Assembly: GCA_050575255.1 (NCBI GenBank)
Contig: JBNZDD010013632.1
Location: 2,995,122-3,059,121 of the forward strand
Length of the DNA: 64,000 nucleotides
Source of the DNA: Harriotta raleighana
Taxonomy: Eukaryota
Direction: 5' to 3'
The notes below the pieces were generated by a model. It was not told the origin of the DNA. It searched no databases and saw only the letters and a list, made by a program, of their open reading frames with translations. The position numbers and the translations under genes are program-made. Numbering within the stretch: position 1 is the first letter of the stretch; each line of letters starts with the position of its first letter. Below, in pieces: positions 25,401-37,175 of this stretch.

Positions 25401-27114
25401 TTTTGTGACAAAGCTTGACAAGATACTAATTACATGTAGAGCGGAAAGGTTAATGGTTTTGGTTTTATTAATAAATTTAAACTTAACAGAAAGTCCTAAA
25501 GTTGACACTTCCGTGGAAATGGCTTCAGTTATATTTTTGGTTGATCACAAGATTAGTTAGGATGACGAAGGGTCTCTGGCCCAAAAAAGAAATGTCCTAA
25601 TGACCATCCATTATCTTTCTTGGGCAGTAATCTAAATCTCTGCTGGAGACCTAATTTAAGGCAGTATTGATGAAACCAATCTGCTGATAAATACCAAGTT
25701 ATCACATCGAACAGTCACTTCTTTTCAAATATTACAGATCAATTGAACTAAAAGGTACAGAACTATTCTTCCATTATACGAATGGAAATATCTGCAACAA
25801 ATGGAAAAATAAATAGGGAAGTGCACATCCAGCCTATGAAAGGGACTAATTCTGTCATACACCCACGAGTTCTCAGTTTGAAATAATGGACTCTTTGTAA
25901 GATTTACTGCTTCCATTTCTAAGTTTGTTTGTTTTAAGGCGGATAAACCATTATTACGTAATATGACCTGCAGAGGGATTTTCATAAAACTACATTTTTA
26001 AATAATTGAACAATGTTTAAGTCTTTGCTTTTTGATGGTGGATACTAAATTGTTCAGAAGAGAGTTTCCTTTTTTTGTTGGTTCATTTTGCATAAACATC
26101 ATTTAATGCTTTTAACAACCTTTAATTCTATAATTCCTTTAGAAGCTTAATAGTAAGTTTACAGAGAAACTTTAATAGCCACACAAGTATCCACATATAT
26201 GTAAGCATTAGTGTTTTTTCTTTGAGAAATGTGCAGTTATAAGAACATTATTTTAAAGCAATTTTATACTTGGATTTTGTTTAGTTATTAAGTTGATGAT
26301 TAATAATGCATTTATATTAATTAACTAAGTTGAACAGTGGTGTTATTCACTTCTTGACGTAAAACAGTACATAAGTGAAATTTATACCCATTTGTGTAAT
26401 TGATCTGAATGAAAAGTAATTAATTTTACACTAGTGTCTATTGTGGAGTGATTGAGAGCTGGCGAATGGTAGTTTTACTGCCAGCAACACATCGCTCTGG
26501 TCCAGGGCATACTGCAAGTCATGTACATGTGCACAGTCCTCCTATCCAGCTCCAAAATATTGTTAATTTTTAACATTATTAAAGAGTCAGGAGTCTTGAC
26601 AATTCTTTTAATAACATTAACCCTACACATTATTAACAGTCCAGTGGCCTGCTTAGATGCTTTGGCTTCATTTTCTATCGAATGCAATCCGACTAGAGTT
26701 GTATGACAGCTAATATAAATCGAAAGAGGTGAGATTCCCTCCCTAAGGTAACTTTTGCACCACTTTCCTGAGATGGGCACTTGAACCCTTGTTCTGAAGG
26801 TACACTCCAGTGTTTGCATTGATTCAATATTAAAAAAAAGCAAAGTCAACAAAATCTGTGTGGTGTATCTGTAACATATTCTGTAGGCATGGTCTAATCC
26901 GATTTCAGTATTAATCATTATAACTGTTCATGGCAAACGATGAAAAATTGTTCATTTTGAGTATTGCAAAAACTATTCAGTTGTCTTACAAATGCTTATG
27001 TAAATTCTGATTTTTACAGCTGCTTTGCTCTTTAGAATGGATGAACCTAAGTTTCAAGAAAATACAAACTTTTAGACATGGCACGTGAATATGCTTAGCA
27101 CATACCAAGTATTT

Positions 27115-27419
27115 TAATAATAATGCTTGCATTGGATATAGTGCTTTTCACATCTTCTAGATGTCTCAAAACGCCTCACAGTATATACTGTAAAGTGAAT
27201 TGACTGTACATTTGTGGGCGAAACATGGCAGCCTGTTGCGCACAGCAGTGTCCCACAAACAGCAGTGATTGAAATGAACAATTTATGAATTTTGTTTGTG
27301 GGATTATTATTAGGCATGTGGAGTAAGGAAATTTGCCCAAGGTTTTGCCCTGCCTGGAATTGAACCCAGATCTCTTTTTTGTAAGGTGAGTGCTCTAACC
27401 ACTGAGCTACAGGGCTTCA
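27115..27419 (-). mobile_element. Full-length tRNA-derived SINE (~300 bp)
   Basis: Head on the minus strand with A box TAGCTCAGTGG and B box GGTTCAATTCC, followed by the family body and an (ATT)n tail. Confidence 0.95.
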
Positions 27420-28344
27420 CATATCTGGGGATAGTGTACAGTTTGGGGACACAACATCTCAAATGACTGCCAAGATGGTAGAAGTTGAACCAGATGGACT
27501 GTAATCTTTTGCCAACAAATTCTTACATTTAATATCCCCTCTAAATGAGCTTTAAAACTCTCACGCATTTTTTACTTCCAGCAGTTGCCCCCAAAGCACT
27601 CTCTAGAGCTCTCCACAAGCCTTGGCTCTTGCAAACCTGTGCCTAATACTCTCCAGAATTAGATTGAGCAAGATGTGTACCTCTATCTCTATTTCAACAA
27701 TCTATCTCTGGGAATTTCCAGGTGTAGGTGGGATGCATGGAATTCTCAGTTGGGCTTGGGGGCTCTTAAGCAACATTAAGCATAAATCAAGCATACTCAT
27801 TTGTTATGCATAAATCTCATGTCTCCAATACTCTGCAAATATTAACCTCTAAAGCAGTATTAACCTTAAAGCAGTGACTGTCAAGAGTAGCAGGGTTGGT
27901 TGAATGAGTGTTTGTATCTTGGCCTTAACTAACATTCATACTCGATTGCCCTGGTAGAGTGAGGTGTAGCATTTCTCAGCTTGGTTGATATATGAAACAC
28001 TGATACATCTCAATCTCTCAGTGAAAGGAAATCATTTCCTGCTTCTTCTGCCTCCTCCCAACTCTCCCATAAGAGTGGGAATGATGAAGCCCAGCCACAA
28101 ATGCAGAGCCTATGTTTTCCCTGCCCTTTTGATTAGATGCAGACGATAGCAGTGTGGGTCCTTACTAGATGGAAAACTTGGGGGAAAATTGTGAATAATT
28201 TAAAAGCATTTTGAAAATTTCAATCTATGATACATATCCCATAGTCATTTTAAAATTCCATATCTCAATCTAGCTTATATCTGTTAAACCGAGTTCAGAT
28301 GAGTGTGAATGTCAGTTAAAATCATGATACAAACTCCCACTCAG

Positions 28345-28745
28345 ATGTCTTGCAGCTGATAGCATTCTTGCCTCTGAGGCAAAAGGATATGGGTTCATTT
28401 CCCCCAGACTGAAACGGGAGCACTTTATCTCAGCTAACGTGTACAGTGCCATGCTGGGGGAACAATGCATTGTCAGAGCTATCGACCTTCATATGAGATG
28501 TTGAAACCAGAGTCCCATCTGCCCGTGCACGTGGATGTTTAAGATCCCCTGACATGACTCGAAAAAAGAAGGCAGTTCCTCCAAGTGTCCTGGCCAACAG
28601 GCTTCAGTTTAAATTTGATTTGTGGCTGTTTGTCGTGTTTGCCTGCAAAAATTCATTCACCACACTTCACAGTAAAAATACTTTGAGGTGCTTTGGGTCG
28701 TAATGACAACATGATAAGCTGTTATATCAAGTTAAATATTGTTAC
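28345..28745 (+). mobile_element. Deu-domain SINE (SacSINE1/AmnSINE1 superfamily-like)
   Basis: tRNA-like head (agcattcttgcctctgag..gggttca), then atgagatgttgaaaccagagtcccatctgccc..gtggatgtttaagatccc..gtgtcctggccaa, matching the Deu core as I recall it, then an L2-type tail. Confidence 0.8.
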
Positions 28746-28757
28746 TAATAATGATAG

Positions 28758-28821
28758 TCAGTGCCTTGGGACATCCTCCCGACCTGAAAGGAGCTGTATA
28801 AATGTAATTTTGTTGTTGTTG
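28758..28821 (+). mobile_element. L2 3' tail-only insertion
   Basis: agtgccttgggacatcctcccgacctgaaaggagctgtataaatgtaatt(ttg)n. Confidence 0.9.
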
Positions 28822-30891
28822 ATAGTCGCATAACTATACAGGTGAAAGGGGCTATTTTTCAATTGTTTAACCATTTTAAATGTAATGTTTTTTATTAAAT
28901 GGCATATCTGCATTAACTTTATGCCGGCTTTGGTTGTTTGAATTGAGTGACCTTTCTGTTACTTTACAGTTATAAAATGAAATACATGCCTTTCCATAAT
29001 ATAGTACTAGGATTACTGGTTGCATGTCAAAAGGACCGAGCCACCAGTTTTAATATAAAGATATAAAATATGTAACAAATTCAATGAAGAAACAATAATG
29101 TTTATCTTCTATTTTTCAGAAGGCATCCTGTTATCTTTGGCCACGCTCACAGAGAAGGAATCTCTTTATTGTGGTCTGGCACAGATCCAAACCATGAAGT
29201 TTTTTTGCATACTTCTGTAATACAAAGGCTGCAAACAATACAAGAAATTTAACATTTTAGTTGAATTTGATCAATAGAAGGCATTCTTTTTAGGGTTTTT
29301 AATAGTAATAATAATCCTTGCATTGTAATGAACTTGTTGCGAAGAGCAGTATTTAAAACATAATAAATTAATTACTAAACAGCTTCAATGCATTTTGTCT
29401 ATGAACTGTGAAATTACGCAAAATATATTGTGTGCTTGAGCAGCATTGTCTAAAGTGTTCATTTTCAAAAACATTCCCAACTCTGCAGGTCAGAACCAGA
29501 AAGAAACAGCTCACAAAAGAAGCAAACAATTCTGACATTTATGCGACCAAGTTTTACTTTCTTTCTAAGATAATAGCAATTAATTAGCTTACAGTTCATT
29601 TTAGCTGCTAAGCTAAAATATTTTGCCAGCTTTAACAGCTTTGGGTTCCCGGATAGAAACATTTGTTTGAAAGGAATATTTGCTCAGATGTCAACTCACC
29701 TCCATCCATTGTACAGTAATTATTTAATAGATACAACGGGATAATAGGATTACTTTATTCATATCAAAGGATTTCTAATGCATTATTACTTTCATCTTCA
29801 GTCTTTGTCTAAAACCATGAACCTTTGTGTGTTTTGAAAATTTATGTGTAATAATGTCTTGTGTTTAGTGTTTAATTAACCAAAGAGTTGATTTTTGAAC
29901 ATCTGATAAGTACCATAACCTCGGCATTCTTACTGCACTATATTTTCTCAGGCTCAGATTGTACAGAGCCGTACTTTTCATCAGTTCCTCTGTGGTTGTT
30001 TGAGTGTTGCTGCATTTCCCCAAAAGCTAGAGAATAAAATCAAGATGCTACATTTTGCATAGTTTTGGAGTAGTTTGAGGGTGTTCCTTCGGTTCAATAT
30101 TTTAAGTTACAAAATATTTAAAGTTACAAGTGCCCAAATGTTACTGAAGGCTTCTTTTTTATTTTGTCAATGTCATACATTTTGCAAAATAGTTCGGAAT
30201 GGTTTGATTTGATGAGAAACATATGTTATTGATAATGCAAATCGTAAAAATGTAAGTGGCCCTCTCAGATCAATATGGCTTCTTTTTTTCTCCCCTGAAA
30301 ACTGCGTCAGCCAGTTCCTATCTTATTATTAATCTTTGCAGTTTTACAAGACAGAAAATCTGTCACCACTTGTCTTTTCAGTGTGTGTGACACTGCAAGC
30401 TTGTCAAAACAGACAGCTGTTAAACTGAATTATCGTCTGTCTCCAGAAATACAGCTCTTGCCAGATGCAAAGGCCATCTGCAGTACAGAAGTGGTACAGG
30501 GTGGTTTTTAAACAGTGTGGATATTCTGGTAATTGAATAGAATGTCTGTGACATGCAACCTGACTCATACAGAACATAGTCAGCCAGCTTGTGAGCAGCA
30601 TAGCCAAGAGTTACAGAGGGTTGCCAACCCAGTACCATATCTAAGGACAGCACACATCTGCACACAATTCTGATTTTATGCTTTATATTCCAAGTTTGCT
30701 TTTTCTTGGTTTAAAATCCTGAACCCTATTATTGCTAAAATACCCAGGCAAACTTTTTTTTTGCATTCCTGAACTCCTTGTTAAAATTTAAATGGAGATT
30801 GTTACAACCAAAAATAAAAGATGACAAAAGTAATATCTTGATATTTGCAAAGTTTAAAACTACTGTCACATACATATGAACTCCAATATAA

Positions 30892-30972
30892 AAACATAAG
30901 AACATAAGAAATGCTAGACGGAAAAAAGACAAAGGTCCATCTAGTTCGCCTTCCACCTTCCTGGCAGCTGCA
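30892..30972 (-). mobile_element. CR1 3' terminus with (TTCTTATG)n tail
   Basis: Minus strand gaaggcgaactagatggacctttgtcttttttccgtctagcatttcttatgttcttatgtt: the CR1 terminal hairpin plus 8-mer repeat. Confidence 0.85.
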
Positions 30973-32959
30973 TGTCCATATGTCCTGATCCACCTATGTA
31001 CTGAACTAATAAGAACATTATTGATCTGAGTACTCTTTTTAAATAAAATTGATACTGGCACATAGCATGATTCCTTTGCATATTAAATAGAAGATATGAT
31101 ACTCTATACAATGCTTGATTATCATAAGCCCTACTAAAGAGGATGATGGCTTTTCATAGGACTCAAATCGCCAATTACAATTCAGTTGTCAAATACACAG
31201 GTAATCACCACATACCCTGGAGATAGTCAGCAGAAAGTTCATAAGAAGTTTCAATTACATTTAAATATTCAACACAAATCACATAAACTTCATAATATCT
31301 GCAGTTAGCTTGCTGTTGAAATGAAATATTAAAATAAGGCTAAAAAATGCCAGGGAATGGTGTTTTGAATCTATCAGAAAGTGTTATCATGTGAAGATGA
31401 AATCTCGTTGAAGGTTTTGTAATTGCTGGTGGAGAGTCTGGATGCTTCCTACAGGTTCTTTAACATAATTAAATGGCAACTTAATCTTTCTGAGACATCA
31501 TCATGGGCGGCAACATAAGTCTGCAGTTAAGAAAAGTACATTTATATTATTTTTATAATACTGTATTTGTAAATTTGGAAGCTATGATTATTAGTTTTGG
31601 AATGCACACAATTACAATTATAAGAATTACATAGCCTTGTTCTGAGAGGAACATTATTCTGGATGTACATATCTGGAAACTTTCTTGAATAAACGTGAGA
31701 TCTTGCTGAAGGTTTCTTTATGATGGCTGCCTGTTAGACTTTCAAGGCTGGCTATAGTAATTGTTTAGTAATATTAATCCAATTTCCTGTAAATAGCATC
31801 AATGGTTGAAGCATATGTAAATGCTATGATTGTTAGACATCAGATTCGTATTGATCTAAAGTACGTAGGCTTCAAGGGAAATTATTTATAAAGTGTGCTA
31901 CTATGAAAACCTCACATTGGTTACTCCAGGCAACTGTTTGGAACAACTAAGGTCCATGTTTGATTTTACTTTCAGTCCTTTTAATTCACCCAGAGCTACA
32001 ATTTGCTCCACCATTGTAATCCTTACAACTATTTCAGTTACATTCATTGTGCACTTTAACATTGTATTTTGTTTTGTTCTGACATATTATAAAACATTGT
32101 ATTTCACAACAATTTTCCTGATTGAATTTGAAGCGGATATTAACTTTACTGGATATATTTTTATTTCAAAATAGCAATTTACATTGATACAGAACCTTTG
32201 ACGTTGCCGGGATGTTTCAAAGTAACTGTAATTTCATGTAACTGACTGGAAGCCCAAGCTAGGAAGGGAGCCGAGGAATAGAGTTATAGGCATCCGAATG
32301 TACAGACAAATAAATAGGTCTTGAGGCCAGTTTTGGAGACTGCAAGGGGGAGGATAAAACTCAACCTGACCTTTACCTGGCGTATTCTGCAGAATAATTG
32401 TAAAGCATTTTACAAAACCATTAGCAATTATCCTGTAAATAGCAACAGGGAATCTACAGCACATGGAAACATCATTCATTATTCATTAGCTCAGGTATTC
32501 AAATTGTATCTGGTGTCACTGAAATGTAGGTGGCTATGAATCAGGTTTAACAAATCATATTTAAAGCTTGCCCAGTTGTCTGTTGGGTTGATGAACTATT
32601 CCAAGAAATGCTCAATTTACCTGTTTCTGGAACACTCAAGGATAGGGGAGCAGAGAACTGCAGCAAGCCTTTGTGTCTAAACTTTTGATGCTGTTGTTCT
32701 TCTTCTCTACTGATAGATCTAATTGGAACACAATGATGGCCAATTATATATGTATGTGAAAGGCAAAGATGGTGTTGGAAAAGAAGAATTATAAAGTTCT
32801 TAAGTTAGAATCATGATATAAATAGGCACTTACACTTCAGTGCCAGCAGATACACTTTTAATACCTTAGCTAATGGATAATTTGCTTCAAATTGCTTGTG
32901 CTGTAGGATCCCTCTTGATGTTTCCAGGAGAATTGCCAGTGGTTTTGGTGATGGAAACC

Positions 32960-33145
32960 AAGTTTGAGACCCAATAGTCTGACAATAATGTCAGCAACGT
33001 GGATATTGGCTAAACTCCATACTCTGCAAATTGCCAAGATATCACCAGGGCCGCAGTCTTCAGCAAGGCGTGGAGAGCATCAGAGCAACTGCATAGAGAG
33101 GTTCCAAACATTGTACCTGAATTCAGAGCTCAGTTTCTTGCAGAC
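32960..33145 (+). mobile_element. Possible tyrosine-recombinase C-terminal relic (DIRS/Ngaro or Crypton)
   Basis: PNSLTIMSATWILAK (cf. HSTRxxATSWALxxG), then after a frameshift QDITRAAVFS (cf. DICRAAxWS) and EFRAQFLA (cf. FGxxVL). Confidence 0.35.
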
Positions 33146-33736
33146 CAGTATTGCTGGTGGCTCCAACACACAGCAGGGGAAAGAGACTGCCGGCAGGATC
33201 TCAGCCATTCCTGAGCAAGGGATTGGATTGGAAGTAAATTGTTCTATCCAGCTGCTCACTGTAACACGCACAAATAATCATAATTTTGGGCCATTTGAGA
33301 AGTACCAGGTGTTATCATTAGAGCATCCACAACTCTATTAAACACTTGGCAGTCCAGGTAGGTTTGATTGGAAATATGTTGAACGGTAGTGGATTTTTTC
33401 TTCACAAATTACAGTGATGTAAAAAAGAATCCTTACATTTGACATTATGTGTTTTACATCAAAATATTTCAAAGTACTTCACAGATAATTGCCCTAAAGT
33501 TATAACTTTGGTACATTTCCTGTATGGTATCTTAGCAATACATAATTTGGATTTAAGGCCTTGAAACGTAAATGTCCATAAAGAACAGAAGTCATGGTTT
33601 TTAGGGTCAGCTATGTAATGGAATTGCTTTATTGATGTTTTGTGGTAGAACACAGTGATTTATTTACATGTTGAAACTTTTGTTTTATAGATCAATCTGT
33701 AAAGTATCAGTAAATATTAACCATATTTGCAAATAT

Positions 33737-34033
33737 GAGCTACAGGAGACCTGAGTTTGATTCCCGGCAGAGCAAAACCGTAAGAAAATTTCCTAATCCA
33801 CATGACTGATAATAATCCGACATGAAGGAAAAAATCCACGACTGTTTGTGAGACACTGCAGTGTGCAATTGGCTGCCATGTTCCAACTCTTCCCCCACCA
33901 CCCCCCCCCCTCCCCCCCACCCCCGGCCATCCCTTCCACAAACATATACAGTGAATTCACTTTACAATATTTTCTGTGAAGCTTTTTGAGACATCTGGAA
34001 GATGTCAAAAGTGCTATATCAATGCAATAATTA
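33737..34033 (+). mobile_element. tRNA-derived SINE with rearranged 5' end and C-rich insertion
   Basis: B-box-like gagtttgattccc, family body and tail; poly-C tract inserted at ~33885-33936. Confidence 0.9.
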
Positions 34034-35488
34034 CATTTTTAAAATAAATGTATCATTAAGATTGTACCCTGCTGAAATAATCACATGTTTAAACACCCAG
34101 ATGAGGGGCTTTTTTATTGTGCTATTAAAAAAAAATTGAGTTTATAACTAAGGAAAAAAAATGCTCCGTGAATTGGGCTCATATCTCCAAAATGGTGGGC
34201 CTAATATCAATGCAAAATACAAGAAGAGAAACTGAACACAGATTGGGTTAATTGGCAATCATAGAACACTGCATCATACACTAATTAAGTACAGAAAGTC
34301 GTTTCTGTCATAAATATGTTTTATCCTCGGCAATTTTGGTTTTTATTTCTAGCCAGTAATGGAAACTGGCACCTTTGACTTTTTGTAATATGACAAGTTA
34401 AATGATTTAAATGAGCAATTATCTGAGAGTCTGTCCTAATGTCTGCTGTGATACATTCACAGTGTTAATGTGACCTGCCAGTGTTAAGGAATAAAAGGAC
34501 TTTTGCAGAATGCTACCTCCCAAGCATGCTACTTTCAAGGACACCAACAGAGATCAAGCGCTGATATAATTAAATGAATCATTAGGATTACAACAAGGGA
34601 TCCATTAAAAGACAAAAAGTTGCTAATGGTTACGGTTACAGTAAGTTAAGCTATTTATTCAGTGTTACTTGTGGTTAACAGGTATCAGAGAATGTATTAA
34701 AATGCATTCAAAGCTGACATGAGCAAGGTGGGTTACTATACTTAAATTCCTGTGGGGTGGGGGGGAGATGAGAGGAGGGGAATATCTAGTAAAGTGTAGT
34801 TATATAGTTTGATAACTTTTGATCCAAATTGAAAATTCCTTGGAAGGAAAAACACACAGCATGTATTAAAACAATCTCATTCATAATGTTGGAGAAGGAA
34901 CATTCCCTTGAGCTGCCAATAACACTGCTCTTAAAGCGGGTAGGACAGTATTGTCTGCATGGGTCCATAATAATTGTCTATTGCAGTGGCATCTGTTGTA
35001 CAATCAACTAACAGGGACACTGCTTGCTCTATTGCTCTATATGCCTATAATCATCTTATAATTATGTCTGAATGCTTTGTGATCGAAACTGGCGGGATTA
35101 ATTCATACTATTGCTTGATGGGAATTCTTAACATCGAATTAATGCAAATGCAAATGGGGCTAACTTCTGGTACATCATCCTGAATCATAGAAATTCAGTT
35201 TTGAAGTAATCTACTCCTGGAGAAGAGATTCTGTGGGTCAATGGAAATCCTAAAGGAATGTTGTTACGAAGGTCTTTCTGATATCCTTTGCTACATATTG
35301 CAGAGATGAGTTGGGATTTGACTGTAAAAAAGTTTTTTTTTCCAGAACTTTGTTAATTGTGTAAAGAAGAAATTAAGCATGGCTTCATTCCATTATTTTG
35401 AAATAGCCAAGGTTAGTATCAATAAATTAATATTGTTAAATACAAAGTAATAATGGATTTAATGACCTCAGAGCAATTTTAATTTGAG

Positions 35489-35547
35489 TAACAACAACAA
35501 CAAAATTACATTTGTATAGCGCCTCTCACATCAGGAAGACGTCCTGA
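35489..35547 (-). mobile_element. L2 3' tail-only insertion
   Basis: (aac)n aaaattacatttgtatagcgcctctcacatcaggaagacgtcc. Confidence 0.88.
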
Positions 35548-37074
35548 ATAATTTAATACCATATTGCAAAAAAATGACTCAGAGTCAAAGCTATTTCAGA
35601 TATAAGCTTTGATTGATTTTTGACTGGATCACTCATAGAGTTTTATAAAAGTTTATTCCTGATTAATTTCAAGGGTAAACGATTTTACATTTGTAATGTT
35701 TTGATTAAATATTTGGCCAGTTTTGTGTCAAAATACTGGTCCTGAAAGTCTTTACTCTTGGTCCATACATTTCCATCCTGTGAGCTTCTCAGGGATCTAA
35801 CAGGCCCTGACTGATCACAGTTCTCCAACATGTGGACTTCATCAGAAGCTTATGATCCTGAGCCTAGCTGTTTACTGTAATTGAACTTCGACTTGTTTCA
35901 TCAATCTATTAGCCAGCAATGCACAATCTATTGGTTGTAGTTATAATGAAGGGTTGTCATGGCAAACAGGATTTCATTATAAAACATTATAATGAATTTA
36001 TATTTTACTATTTTTTGATTTTTTTAAACCAGTATATTGTTGCTCATTACACCCAAATTACATCTTTGAGTTATTGGGATTGGAAAGAGTTAAGTTATAC
36101 CTGCAAATCGTTGAATAATATAACTGCTTGACCAGAAAGTAAATAACAGTCCCTGTGCATTTTTGCAAACAAAGGGAGAGACGTGATGGGAGTGACAATA
36201 TTCACTAACATTTAGTTCACTTGTACAAATAGCAATTGTGATGTATAAATTGCTGTTATAATTGCTTTCTCTTTAATAATATTTGTAGCAGTTTTGAATC
36301 AGAATTTTTTTGAAATAAGATATTGATAAGATATTTTCCAGCAGATATTTAAAATGGAAAATCATAAGACGAGTTGCAATTGGGGTACTGGTTTATTTAT
36401 GCCAAGAATGTATATTTAGAAGCTAGAGAATGATAAAGGTCATATTCCGTGAATATTTTTCATATGGTTTTCTTTAGGGATATTGGAATATTATTTTGAT
36501 ATCTTACAATAGTAAAGTGTATATCATTTTTAACTATGGTTCCAAATTAACTCATTTGTGGGAGATTATTGTTCAGTAGGATTGTGGTTTTAAAGTACTT
36601 AAAATTCTCCATTTTTTTATAACCAGTTTAATTTGATTATTTAATGCAAAAACTATAAAACCAGATGCCTCAAATGAACAACTCTGGTTTGCCTTAATTG
36701 CACTACTGGAGAAATATAAATGTATACTTATTTTCTTGACTACCACATACTGTAGCAGTTTAAAAGCGCAGTAAATATTAATATTCTACTTCTGGAACAT
36801 TTCTCGACACAGTATGATGTCTGTATTTTACTGTTATTCTCTCTTGAGGGACAGTATAAATCTAACATGCTATAAAGGTACAACCTAATGTAACACGCTG
36901 CTTCTGGTATGTGAGCCTGGGTGAATTACAACTTTCAGGATCTTATGTGAGATATCACTAATGTAATCCAGGTTTAAAGAATAGGTTGTGAAATGCCAAT
37001 GATTTTTATAAGTTATTTTAATGGAGTCATTGCACTTTGGATAAACACGATGGTAAGTGAAAGATTGGAATTAT

Positions 37075-37175
37075 ACAACAATAACTTGCGTTTTTACAGA
37101 ACCCTTCATATGGGGTAGGGTCTTGGAGATCTGAACAATGCCAAGTTTGTCGCCGAGCCAGGGTAGGATAATTCT
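37075..37175 (-). mobile_element. Older L2 3' end
   Basis: caacaataacttgcgtttttacagaacccttcat...tttgtcgccgagcca resembles a reversed L2 terminus. Confidence 0.45.

Noticed and set aside
26475-26918. 147-aa minus-strand ORF
   Set aside because: No recognisable domain or splice context, and the composition looks random. ORFs of this length can occur by chance in 64 kb read in six frames.
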